IMG/VR virus record: IMGVR_UViG_2974642717_000001
Coordinates: 14,146-78,145 of that record
Reading direction: 5' to 3' (one strand)
DNA: 64,000 nucleotides
From: a virus
Lineage: Duplodnaviria; Heunggongvirae; Uroviricota; Caudoviricetes; Schitoviridae
In this document: in pieces, positions 29,842-38,618 of the stretch
How the letters are laid out: the number at the start of each line of letters is the position of its first letter
Position numbering within the stretch: position 1 is the stretch's first letter
The notes under the pieces: generated by a model
The model's database searches: none
Told to the model about the DNA's origin: nothing
Seen by the model: only the letters and a program-made list of their open reading frames with translations
Translations under genes and position numbers: made by a program

Positions 29842-31604
29842 TCCTCATCGTCTGCTTTATCTTTAGCAACTACATCGGTAATGTTAACTTGCTTGATAGA
29901 AGTTGTACGCAGGTAGTAAAGACCTTTAAGTCTTCGCTCATATGCAGAAAGGTGAACACTGTTAACGTAGCTCTTAGGTACTTCCGCAGGGAAGCTAAGG
30001 TTTACCGACTGGCCCTGACATAAGAAATCCTGTCGGATGCCTGCCTGATCAATCACGTAGTGTTGGTCAATTTCTTCAAATGTCTTGAATACTAACTTCT
30101 CGTGGTCAGATAGATAGTCCAGATGTTGAACTGAACCTTTATTCTGAATCACTGAGGTGATCTGCTCGTCTACCCAACTTTGCTCACTCTTACCTAAGAT
30201 AGTTAGGGTGGGTGGAATGTGGGAATTAAGGAGAGCAACTAAGTATTTGTTCACTATTAAATCAGTACCTGCACGTGTTCTGTGTGCAAAAGCATTACTC
30301 TTAATAGGTTCAATACTCGCTGTAGCGTTACATATAGCACTCGAGTTAGCATTTGGAGCAATGGCAAGTAAATGAAGGTTTCGTACAACCTGACCCGCTT
30401 CCTGTGCGTCTGGACAGCTACCCTTCTCCACAGCTAACTGCTGGGAACGGGCAACCGCTGCTTCCTTGATACGGCGGAAGATCTTATAAGTTTCACGATT
30501 AGCCTCAGTAGATTCAAAAGCAATACTCTTCTGCATCAAGTAGCCGTGCCAACCCATAGCACCAATGCCAATATCGCGACTGCGCATGGCTGCGTACTTA
30601 GCTTTACTGACAGCATCTGGGGCTATATCAATGAAATATTGAAGTACATTATCCAGTAGCTCCACTAAATCTCCTACTAGGCCAGTGTTTTTCCAGTCGT
30701 CATACTTCTCTAGGTTAAGAGATGCTAGACAGCATACCGCAGTACGTTGCTCATCTGTTACCAGATGAATCTCATTACATAGATTGGAACCATGAATCTT
30801 AAGACCTAGCTTCTTTTGTACAGGGTGTAGTGCATCATTGGCAGTATCGATAAAATTCAAGAATGGTTCACCAGTACGGTGCCGAGTCTCAAGGATTGAT
30901 TCCCATAACGCACGTGCTTTAATAGTCTTGGTTACGCGCTTACTGTGAGGACACTTAAGTTCCCAGTCCCAGTCAGCATATACATGCCTCATGAAATCGT
31001 TAGTAAGGTTCACTGCATGGTGGGAGTTGAAGTTCTTGCGGTTAATATCGCCTCCTGTAGGGGTACGACTTGTAATGAACTCTTCGATATCAGGGTGACC
31101 TACATCCAAGTAAGCTGCATAGGCACCTTTACGAGTCTGTCCCTGCTTGTAAGCAGTCATGGCTCCATCAATATCGTGAATAAATGGGATAGGTCCAGGG
31201 GATTTATCTGAGACAGCTCGAACAGCGTCCCAGTGCCCACCAACACCACCACCCAGTACAGATAGCCAGCGAGTTTCTTCACCATGTTTGATTAGTCCTT
31301 CGACTGAATCAGGCACATAACTAAGAAAACAGCTAATAGGCATACCTTTGTTACCATCACCTGCATTAGACAGGATAGGCGAACTAAACATAAAGTGCAG
31401 TTGTGATACGTGATCATACAGCCGTTGTGCATGAGCATCGTCAGTAGCAAAGAACTTACAGGCACGTGCAAATGCCTCCTGTGGTGACTTTTCTTCTCCT
31501 TGCAGGTAGTAATCTACGACTAGTTTACGTCCCTGTTCGGACATAAGCTTATCGCGGTTGAGTTTGATTTCCAATGTAATCTCCTCGTTAATGAAAAAGG
31601 GCAA
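29820..31604 (-). CDS. nrdA: ribonucleotide reductase class I large subunit (R1), no ATP-cone
   Basis: 'SPILSNAGD', 'ISCFL', 'GGGVGGHW', 'KGAYAAYLDVGHPDIEEFI' and 'HGSNLCNEIHLV...AVCCLASLNL' align with E. coli NrdA catalytic motifs. Only ~70 aa precede the catalytic core. Confidence 0.9.
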   Translation of the reverse strand: MPFFINEEITLEIKLNRDKLMSEQGRKLVVDYYLQGEEKSPQEAFARACKFFATDDAHAQRLYDHVSQLHFMFSSPILSNAGDGNKGMPISCFLSYVPDSVEGLIKHGEETRWLSVLGGGVGGHWDAVRAVSDKSPGPIPFIHDIDGAMTAYKQGQTRKGAYAAYLDVGHPDIEEFITSRTPTGGDINRKNFNSHHAVNLTNDFMRHVYADWDWELKCPHSKRVTKTIKARALWESILETRHRTGEPFLNFIDTANDALHPVQKKLGLKIHGSNLCNEIHLVTDEQRTAVCCLASLNLEKYDDWKNTGLVGDLVELLDNVLQYFIDIAPDAVSKAKYAAMRSRDIGIGAMGWHGYLMQKSIAFESTEANRETYKIFRRIKEAAVARSQQLAVEKGSCPDAQEAGQVVRNLHLLAIAPNANSSAICNATASIEPIKSNAFAHRTRAGTDLIVNKYLVALLNSHIPPTLTILGKSEQSWVDEQITSVIQNKGSVQHLDYLSDHEKLVFKTFEEIDQHYVIDQAGIRQDFLCQGQSVNLSFPAEVPKSYVNSVHLSAYERRLKGLYYLRTTSIKQVNITDVVAKDKADDEECTQCHA

Positions 31605-31631
31605 CGATGTTACCCTTCTATGGTTAGGGTG

Positions 31632-31991
31632 TCAAACAACATTCCATTGGCTGTTAGTTAAATCCACAATCAATGTCTCGCTGTTATTCCACTCATAATC
31701 ATGTGATTCAACGATCTTAGCATCCTTTATTTGGTAGTAGTCCCCACTAAGGTATAGGGCAGCACGCTTGGCTTCCTCTGCAGGAGTACCGTAGTTAGCG
31801 TACATATCCCAACGGGTCTGGTGTAACACGCACATGCATCGAAACATCTCAGTCAGTCGATCATCCAGACTACCATCTTTGTCCATAGCTTTAATAGCTT
31901 CTTCACCTACGTCTTGGATGACATGTTCAGCTAACCCGCTTAGAGCATTGTAGAAGTCATTATCACCAAAGTTAATTACGAGAAAACTCAT
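31632..31991 (-). CDS. hypothetical protein, 119 aa
   Basis: ORF; 4-nt overlap with the upstream gene. Confidence 0.45.
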   Translation of the reverse strand: MSFLVINFGDNDFYNALSGLAEHVIQDVGEEAIKAMDKDGSLDDRLTEMFRCMCVLHQTRWDMYANYGTPAEEAKRAALYLSGDYYQIKDAKIVESHDYEWNNSETLIVDLTNSQWNVV

Positions 31992-32410
31992 AAGTCTTCC
32001 TCCTTAACGTACATACCATCAATCATTTTCCCACGTCGGTCTTTGATCTCTTGGTATGAAGTGTTTAAACAGTGGGCATAACCCCAACCATTACGTTCAG
32101 CCATGTTAATAGCTACAACACCCATGTCACCTAGACCATCTTTGAGAGCTGCTTGCGCGTGCTCAGCCTTCACAGGCTTGATTCGCCCAGAGTCATACAG
32201 ATCGCTAACCATATCTTGAACTTTAGCTGCGATACTCACAGCCTCTTTCTCAGGCATCTGTGCTGCAACCACCTCAATAAACTCTTCTAGGAGCTTCTTG
32301 GTTTGATTCCAGTCAGTTGTACCGTCGATAAGGTTACGGTCTTCATGCCATCGGGTAATATTTTCAATTACCTGCGGTGCAATATTGTTGTTGGGTTTAG
32401 TATTAATCAT
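31988..32410 (-). CDS. hypothetical protein (possible MazG-like NTP pyrophosphohydrolase; weak)
   Basis: Likely start is the ATG at 32410 (MINTKPNNN...), not the track start at 32527. 'LLEEFIEVVAAQ' is a helical EExxE-like segment; assignment is tentative. Confidence 0.3.
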   Translation of the reverse strand: MINTKPNNNIAPQVIENITRWHEDRNLIDGTTDWNQTKKLLEEFIEVVAAQMPEKEAVSIAAKVQDMVSDLYDSGRIKPVKAEHAQAALKDGLGDMGVVAINMAERNGWGYAHCLNTSYQEIKDRRGKMIDGMYVKEEDL

Positions 32411-32546
32411 CGTCCACCGCCTTCTTACGCTTACGCGTGTTCTTACGGTTACGTTTCTCAATCTTAGCCTGTTCTCGCTCATTGCGACGAGCTTGGTAAT
32501 CACTGTGACCCCAGTCCTCTTCGCCATAGCGTCGTTTATTTCCCAT
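32403..32546 (-). CDS. small highly basic protein (47 aa from ATG at 32546)
   Basis: Strong SD TAAGGAG 7 nt upstream of the ATG at 32546. The track ORF start at 32642 is probably an upstream artefact. Confidence 0.4.
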   Translation of the reverse strand: MGNKRRYGEEDWGHSDYQARRNEREQAKIEKRNRKNTRKRKKAVDDD

Positions 32547-32763
32547 ATCGGAACTCCTTAATAGCTTCCAAATAGTGAATTGCTTTGTCGATGTCCTCCG
32601 CACCGTTCTTACTCTTGTGACGGAGTAGGTACTTGAGGGCATTACCTTCGTAGAAATCTAACTTATTAGCGTTAATGATTTCCCAAGGTTGTAGGGCTTC
32701 ACCTTTATAGTGATCCCCACCATGTTGAACATCTAGGACGGACATGTGAGCTCCTTCCAACAA
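32536..32763 (-). CDS. DUF3310-like phage protein
   Basis: 'GGDHY...QPWEII...GNALKYLLRHKSKNGAEDIDKAIHYLE' matches the conserved DUF3310 pattern common in phage nucleotide-metabolism modules. Confidence 0.45.
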   Translation of the reverse strand: MLEGAHMSVLDVQHGGDHYKGEALQPWEIINANKLDFYEGNALKYLLRHKSKNGAEDIDKAIHYLEAIKEFRYGK

Positions 32764-33160
32764 ATCGGGTACAGGGGTTCAATCAGAGCACCAATCTCTT
32801 TTGCAAGATCTTGGATCTCCATTTGAGCGTGACTATCTGTACGCTGATTATAGAAGCGAGCAAATGCCGCTAGAGAGCCAGTCCAATACCAGTTAACTTC
32901 ACAGCCTTGTGGTAGTAGGAAACGAGCTTGTTCTTCTGCTACACCACTATCAAGCATATCTTCATAGTCTTGAATAGCTGAGTTCACCGAATCTCGGTAC
33001 GCCTTCTGTAGCTTGGCGTTGTCTGGGTGTAAACCACCACTACCTTGCTTCTTATTGTCAGCCTGAATACGGAACTCAGGTACAAAGAAGGTTGGTGTGC
33101 CACTAATGTATCGACGAGATTCCTCGTTTTCCGAGAAACCTACTTTGTGTTTAAACTTAA
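32733..33160 (-). CDS. thyX: FAD-dependent thymidylate synthase, exon 2 (approximate 5-prime boundary)
   Basis: Hand translation upstream of the track ORF gives 'FKHKVGFSENEESRRYISGTPTFFVP', the ThyX 'FRHRIASY...SxRY...YIP' region with K-H-K in place of R-H-R. C-terminal 'ARFLLPQG...GSL...RTDSHAQMEIQ' is the ThyX tail. Confidence 0.55.
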
Positions 33161-33926
33161 CCTTCTCCTGAGGGCGTTAACCTTAGGACGTTCTCTTACG
33201 AACTGCTACGTATTTCTACGCAGAAGAGACTATATCATCACCGTCATCTTCTGTTACGGTGTCCTGCGCTTCCATCGCACTTGCGATGTACTCCCCTATG
33301 GGATAGTCGTTGCACCTTCCACTTTCGTGGCTTGGCTCAGGATTGCCCACAGCACCATCTGTTTGGGGTTCCCCTGAATTCACAGGAATTAACTCTATGA
33401 ATTTCTCCATAGAACTGCTTAAACTGTATGTACAAGATTCCCTATCAAACTCTATTAATCCAGCTTGTATGAGTGAGTAGGACACTTCTTCTAATTGGCC
33501 ATGACATTTACGGTGATCCGCTTTAGTCATATGGATTAGGTTAGACTTCTCGTTGTGTAGTTTATTACCATCGATATGATGTACCACATCGTCTGCTGAT
33601 ATATCGGGGAAAGGTATTCTATGTGCTGGGACGTATTTAGTCCCATCATACACTAGATGATATCCTTGCTTAGTAATATACCCGTCCCCGTAGTTACGGG
33701 CATCGTGGCGAGCTTTCTTACCGCACTCTACACAGGTGTTATGTTCCCTAGGGGCTTGTATCCAACGTTGCTCACTGCACGTAGGGCATTCCACTAAGTA
33801 TTCATATATGATCCGGCCTTTAGCATTATGGCCTTTAATACGAGAATCTAGGTAGTTCTTAATCTTGGTCATTGTGGTTCCTTATATTTAAATATACATG
33901 GAGTATACTATAAGGATACAGTATTA
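33161..33926 (-). mobile_element. putative group I intron (or other intervening element) interrupting thyX, carrying an HNH endonuclease ORF
   Basis: ThyX exon 1 ends at stop 33924-33926 right after '...APVPIRTQ'. ThyX homology resumes ~760 nt downstream in the same orientation. The HNH ORF lies wholly inside the gap with its own start. Confidence 0.5.
33216..33872 (-). CDS. HNH homing endonuclease (intron-encoded)
   Basis: 218 aa. N-terminal Cys4 (CPTC...CVEC) and HNH core 'HHIDGNKLHNEKSNLIHMTKADHRKCHG'. Confidence 0.8.
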   Translation of the reverse strand: MTKIKNYLDSRIKGHNAKGRIIYEYLVECPTCSEQRWIQAPREHNTCVECGKKARHDARNYGDGYITKQGYHLVYDGTKYVPAHRIPFPDISADDVVHHIDGNKLHNEKSNLIHMTKADHRKCHGQLEEVSYSLIQAGLIEFDRESCTYSLSSSMEKFIELIPVNSGEPQTDGAVGNPEPSHESGRCNDYPIGEYIASAMEAQDTVTEDDGDDIVSSA

Positions 33927-34142
33927 ACAACATTGTGTGCGTATTGGTACAGGTGCACGCACTCGTACTGTAACGCTGGTATGTTGGAAAGGAGTAATAT
34001 GCCGGTGTTTAGCCAGATATTTAATAAGTCGTTCATTTTGTTCCTCCGTACGACTACTGTCGCCTTCGTTAGCAAAGGAAACCCTTGCTGCTGCTACTAC
34101 ACTAGCGTCTGAGCCCATGTAGTCAATCAGTTCTGCTTGCAT
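33927..34142 (-). CDS. thyX: FAD-dependent thymidylate synthase, exon 1
   Basis: 'VVAAARVSF...RLIKYLAKHRHITPFQHTSVTVRVRAPVPIRTQ' closely matches the ThyX N-terminal region. Confidence 0.6.
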
Positions 34143-34384
34143 TAACCCTCCAAGATTCTTTCAAGACGTAATTCAACAGGCAGTTTAACCACCTGAGATG
34201 TTTTTCGATTACATGCAAACTTACCGCCTTGATCACGGCTCATTGAGAACCCTAGAGGTGTAAACTTCATGATGTAACCTTCTACCAGCTCGTTATATTT
34301 AGGTTGGATGTAGACGACTAAGTCGCCTACCTTCACTTCCTGACCACAAGCATCTTTACGTACTTCAGTCTTTAGAGCTGTCAT
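34142..34384 (-). CDS. hypothetical protein, 80 aa
   Basis: ORF; overlapping stop/start with neighbours. Confidence 0.45.
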   Translation of the reverse strand: MTALKTEVRKDACGQEVKVGDLVVYIQPKYNELVEGYIMKFTPLGFSMSRDQGGKFACNRKTSQVVKLPVELRLERILEG

Positions 34385-34559
34385 ACACTTCCCACCCTAA
34401 TTTATTTTCATAGTATGAATTTAGGAATACGAGTAACGATGCAGGAAGTAGCACCCATAGACCAATCTGAGGTATCATTACCAACACTGCCATATAAATG
34501 GCTATGTCTATGAAGTTCCAGATAGGCTTGAACATAAATTGAACAATTTTGTTAACCAT
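34365..34559 (-). CDS. small membrane protein, 64 aa, two hydrophobic helices
   Basis: 'IAIYMAVLVMIPQIGLWVLLPASLLVFL' hydrophobic core. Confidence 0.4.
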   Translation of the reverse strand: MVNKIVQFMFKPIWNFIDIAIYMAVLVMIPQIGLWVLLPASLLVFLNSYYENKLGWEVYDSSKD

Positions 34560-34568
34560 TTCAATTCC

Positions 34569-34850
34569 TTAGTTGTCTTCTAGGATATCCGCCATCTTTC
34601 GATAGTCAGATATCAGTTTCATTTCTTTGTACAGCGCGTACATGTTTGGAGCCAGCTCTTTGAATTGCTCCTCACCTAGTTCCTCCGCAAGACTAGATAA
34701 ACTGGTAAAGCTAGTGTTCATACTTTTAGCCCGCTCGTGTTTTTGAATACGTCCAGCAGCTTGAGCTATAACAGAGTAAATATCTTGGTCATGGACACCT
34801 CCCCATATTGTGGGAGGTGGTGCACCAAATACATTATCTCCCGACGACAT
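34569..34850 (-). CDS. hypothetical protein, 93 aa
   Basis: ORF immediately downstream of the polymerase gene (overlaps it by 17 nt). Confidence 0.45.
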   Translation of the reverse strand: MSSGDNVFGAPPPTIWGGVHDQDIYSVIAQAAGRIQKHERAKSMNTSFTSLSSLAEELGEEQFKELAPNMYALYKEMKLISDYRKMADILEDN

Positions 34851-37377
34851 TCAGGATCTCCTTTCTACTTAGATTATTCTTAATGTTGATATCATCTTTC
34901 CATGAAGGGTAGAAGATATCTAACTCCGCGCCTATCTTAACGGTTGGGTGCCAGTCAAGCTCCGGCAAGCCGTGGCTCTCCATACACTCTACGAGGTTAT
35001 TGTTTAACCACTCAACTGCACCAACATCGTCTGGTAGCATCAAGTAACACGCATCATGAATCAGAGCACTGATATGAATACGGCATCGATACTCCGAGGC
35101 ATTGATTCTCTCTTGCAACATAGCAGCTGCTTTTGAGTTAACAAGACCATAAGATTGGCCTAATGCATTACCTGCTGTACGTCCCTCAGCTGCAGCCTCT
35201 TTAGGCATACGTGGTGCGCCCCATACAACATTACGAATCAGGGGAGTTCTAACTCTTAATCCGTAAGCTACGGTAACGTAACCATCTTTGTTTGCCTGCT
35301 GTAGTCTATCTTGCACCCACTTATCAGATACCTGATACATCTCGTGGTAGGAGTCCTCAATCTGCTTGGCTTCATCTCTCGAGAAACCACAGTTATTCAT
35401 GAGGGTGGTGAATGTGCCTTGATAGGTTAGAGCAAAGGTTGGAGCCTTAGACTTCTGACGAACATCCCCGAATACCTTTTCATTCTTCAGTTGGTTCACA
35501 TGGTCAGGAGTCTCAGTCATCCAATCAGGCATCTGATCTTTGAAGTAATAGTAAGCACGTAGACAGTGTCCACAGTAGCCATCTTCATAAACTTTAATCT
35601 TATTGGGATCTCTGGTCGTTAGAGCAGATACATAATCTTCGAGGGAGTTGTAATCGGCACCAGCAAATAGCTGTCCTTTAGGAGCACGGAAGCAATTCTT
35701 AATAAGCTTTGCGTAGGTACTGCCGCTAGGAATTTGCTGTAGGTTAGGTTTACTAGATGATAGTCGTCCTGAAACGGTACCGCCTAAGTTGAACCCACCG
35801 TACAATCGGTGTGTGCCATCACTAACAGGGACAGCATTGAGGAAGTTGGGCATAAACGAGGAGATTATCTTATCTACTTTAGACAAGTGAATCAGACAAC
35901 GAATAATCATTATCTTATCCTTGTCCTTTGTATGCTTCTTTAGCTTCTTGAGGGTCTTAGTTCCCGTAGCAGGCTGCTTGGTATCAGTAAGATCTAATAC
36001 CGGAAACTCCCAATGGGTGTATAGCAGTTCCTGTAATTGTTTCGGGGAACCTGGATTTAACTCAAGGTCTAAGAAGTCATCCTCCGTCTTACGCTTCACC
36101 TTACGGGTGGTGTTGTAGAGGTGTGTCTCTTGCTGTCTTCTAATCTTCAGGTAGCCTACTTCTTCGAGCTTACGTTGCAAGAACCCATAATAGGTATCAT
36201 GTAGTCGGGTCAGTCGGTTGTTAGCCTTGTGAACTGACGGCATGTGAAGTGGCATTCCTACCAACTCCATTTGCAGTATCTGTTTAGCTGCTGGCTTGAA
36301 CAGACTATCGTAAATCTCGCGCTGATCATCGGCATCAACAGTACCGTTGTGCTTGTTAAACACATACCAAGTAGATAGGCAATCCACTAGGTTGTACTTC
36401 ATTAGTTTGCCCTTTTTTATCAGGCGAATATCGTTGATGTTATCTTCAGCATAGTTACCTGCGAACTCATGGGCTTGTTCCTTCAAGCTCAGCTTATTAC
36501 CGGCACATGAATTGGTAGCGAGGTAAGTCAGAAGCTTAGTGTCATCGAAGTTCTTCGTGACAGCTTCTACCCCTTCTATCATTCCATCGTAATCTAGGTA
36601 ATCCTTCATCCACAGAGTGTAGACAAGGATTTTCAGATCGTATCCAGCGTTATGCCAGATGAGTTTACCTTTGTACTCAGTAAAGAACTGCTTGAGTAGG
36701 GCCCTCACTTCCGCGTTGTCCTCCCGTGCCCCCGGGGTATCAACAGGTTTGATTTCCATCAACTCCTGCATCTTGGACAGAGGTGCATTGTCTACGTAGT
36801 CACACATGACTACGCCACCTTCGTGCTGATTCCAAGCGAAACCAACAGTACCGATGCCTGCATCTCCAAAGAAGAGTGAGAATGTTTCTAAGTCACAACT
36901 CAATTCTGGATATTTATGTAAGCCTTTCAAGAACTTAGCAATATCAGCAACATCTTCGTGGTACTCAGAGTGCTTGATAATATCCGAACCGAGTTCGGTG
37001 AATGTACCATTCTTGTGATCATTCAAAGTCTGCAAGGACAAGGCGAGCTTATCTTTGTTCTTTGGATCATAGAATAGTGACTGGTAATTGATCCCATAGA
37101 TCACCTTAATATGTCCAAAACCCTTCCAAGCACAGTCAACCACAGACCCTAAACTAGGTTCTGCCTTAGTGAGCTTAGTCAGCTTCTTGAAATATTCGCC
37201 ATCAGCACAGTAGACTATCTTGATGGATAGGCTATCTATCGCCTTCAATAGCGTAGGGATATAGGCATTAGCAGTCTTAGCAGAAGGCTTCTTCTTACCG
37301 CCATAGTCGAGACTCAACGCTACAGTCTTGTCCCGATCTAAAGCAGGGAAGTAGTTATCTTCTATGTTGCGCTGCAC
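34834..37377 (-). CDS. DNA polymerase, family A (N4 gp39-like) with 3-prime-5-prime exonuclease domain
   Basis: Exo I 'CDLETFSLF'; motif A 'GADYNSLE'; motif B 'RQKSKAPTFALTYQG'; motif C 'LIHDACYLM'. Confidence 0.85.
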   Translation of the reverse strand: MQRNIEDNYFPALDRDKTVALSLDYGGKKKPSAKTANAYIPTLLKAIDSLSIKIVYCADGEYFKKLTKLTKAEPSLGSVVDCAWKGFGHIKVIYGINYQSLFYDPKNKDKLALSLQTLNDHKNGTFTELGSDIIKHSEYHEDVADIAKFLKGLHKYPELSCDLETFSLFFGDAGIGTVGFAWNQHEGGVVMCDYVDNAPLSKMQELMEIKPVDTPGAREDNAEVRALLKQFFTEYKGKLIWHNAGYDLKILVYTLWMKDYLDYDGMIEGVEAVTKNFDDTKLLTYLATNSCAGNKLSLKEQAHEFAGNYAEDNINDIRLIKKGKLMKYNLVDCLSTWYVFNKHNGTVDADDQREIYDSLFKPAAKQILQMELVGMPLHMPSVHKANNRLTRLHDTYYGFLQRKLEEVGYLKIRRQQETHLYNTTRKVKRKTEDDFLDLELNPGSPKQLQELLYTHWEFPVLDLTDTKQPATGTKTLKKLKKHTKDKDKIMIIRCLIHLSKVDKIISSFMPNFLNAVPVSDGTHRLYGGFNLGGTVSGRLSSSKPNLQQIPSGSTYAKLIKNCFRAPKGQLFAGADYNSLEDYVSALTTRDPNKIKVYEDGYCGHCLRAYYYFKDQMPDWMTETPDHVNQLKNEKVFGDVRQKSKAPTFALTYQGTFTTLMNNCGFSRDEAKQIEDSYHEMYQVSDKWVQDRLQQANKDGYVTVAYGLRVRTPLIRNVVWGAPRMPKEAAAEGRTAGNALGQSYGLVNSKAAAMLQERINASEYRCRIHISALIHDACYLMLPDDVGAVEWLNNNLVECMESHGLPELDWHPTVKIGAELDIFYPSWKDDINIKNNLSRKEILNVVGR

Positions 37378-37445
37378 TAGTGATTGCTCTTTTAGAAGTA
37401 GAGCAACTTCATACGGGCCATCAGCCCAAATAAAATGATGGATAG

Positions 37446-37709
37446 TTATTCCTCCATTAAGTGCACCATATGAGCCATCTCATGTAACTCTGCCAATGAC
37501 TCGGTTTCATGTCCTGTGTCAATCCAGTCATGTACAAGGACTGCATTCCATCTTTCAGGATCTCTAGAGATGCGGATATGCTTCGGGTCAAGTAAACGGT
37601 GAGGACCTAAGTTAGCTCTGGTTTCAATACCCATAGCAAATTTAACGTAAGAGTCTCCTTTACGTGCCATATAAAGGTGAGGGTTACTAGCCTTTAACAG
37701 TTTCCACAT
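37446..37709 (-). CDS. hypothetical protein, 87 aa
   Basis: ORF in a tightly packed operon; product ends ...MEE. Confidence 0.45.
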   Translation of the reverse strand: MWKLLKASNPHLYMARKGDSYVKFAMGIETRANLGPHRLLDPKHIRISRDPERWNAVLVHDWIDTGHETESLAELHEMAHMVHLMEE

Positions 37710-37710
37710 A

Positions 37711-37971
37711 TTACATCTCCAGTATTTGCATTAGAGAGAGTTGGTCATAACACTCTTTAAGCGTCAGACCGTCATCTACTAATTCGTAATCTTCCATATT
37801 ACGAAGGATAGTAGCATCCGTGACAGGAATCCATACAGAGGTAGGATCTATCAGGGACTCAAGTTTGAAGGTCGTAGTGTCTGGGTAAGTCCACACAGCA
37901 CGATACCTCCTCTTTTCCATGTCCACGCATAGATAACGTGCCCTTCGATACTTTATCTTGTAAAGGTCCAT
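37711..37971 (-). CDS. hypothetical protein, 86 aa
   Basis: ORF; ends ...ILEM. Confidence 0.45.
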   Translation of the reverse strand: MDLYKIKYRRARYLCVDMEKRRYRAVWTYPDTTTFKLESLIDPTSVWIPVTDATILRNMEDYELVDDGLTLKECYDQLSLMQILEM

Positions 37972-38309
37972 TACTCCTCCAGTAACTTCTCAGTTAGGCG
38001 GATGTGGATATGCTCCATTGCTTCAGCATGTTTCTGCTTCAGCTCAAGAGCTTCTGCCGGTTCATCCTCTTGCGGATTCGTGACGTATTCATCGACAAAC
38101 TGGTGCAAAGGTTTAGGTAGCAGATGATACAACTGCTTCTTGGTAGAAGCAGCCGTTAGTACATCAGCGATGTACCAGTGCATTAAGTCAACCACGTTAG
38201 CAGTGTCTTTGGTAATGCTAGTAACTAGCACTTCCATTAGGGTCTGCTTCACGTGGAATTTGTGTTGAGGTGACAGGGTATCTGACACCAAAGGTCTTAC
38301 GCGTTCCAT
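37971..38309 (-). CDS. hypothetical protein, 112 aa
   Basis: ORF; ends ...KLLEE. Confidence 0.45.
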   Translation of the reverse strand: MERVRPLVSDTLSPQHKFHVKQTLMEVLVTSITKDTANVVDLMHWYIADVLTAASTKKQLYHLLPKPLHQFVDEYVTNPQEDEPAEALELKQKHAEAMEHIHIRLTEKLLEE

Positions 38310-38324
38310 AGCAGACCCCCAGGA

Positions 38325-38585
38325 TTAGCCGATTAGTTCTTCAAGAGCTGCAACCTTACGGTTAGTAGCTTCTAGTTCGCCAGTCAGACGTTGGAATTCA
38401 GTTTCGAATACCGTCATGATAGCTTGGCCTACAGCAGCATCTTTACGTTCAACAACAAGGCTGACAGTACGAGAGCCAACAGTGATTAGCTGTGTAGCTT
38501 CTGCTTCGTTAAGCAGTGCATCAAGTAGTGCAACTTCTTCAGTAAGTTTCTTTTGTGATGCTAGTAGAACAGTTAGTTTAGACAT
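38325..38585 (-). CDS. hypothetical helical protein, 86 aa
   Basis: ORF with SD; ends ...EELIG. Confidence 0.45.
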   Translation of the reverse strand: MSKLTVLLASQKKLTEEVALLDALLNEAEATQLITVGSRTVSLVVERKDAAVGQAIMTVFETEFQRLTGELEATNRKVAALEELIG

Positions 38586-38618
38586 TATGTGTTTCCTTAT
38601 GGTTTTTAAAAAGGTGGA

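Noticed and set aside
33045-33377. +-strand ORF 33045..33377 overlapping the thyX/HNH region
   Set aside because: Antisense to thyX exon 2 and the start of the HNH gene. The ThyX and HNH motifs validate the - strand frames.
33161-33926. Intein explanation for the thyX interruption
   Set aside because: The HNH ORF is in a different frame, has its own start codon, and the thyX exon-1 frame hits a stop. An intein would be an in-frame fusion.
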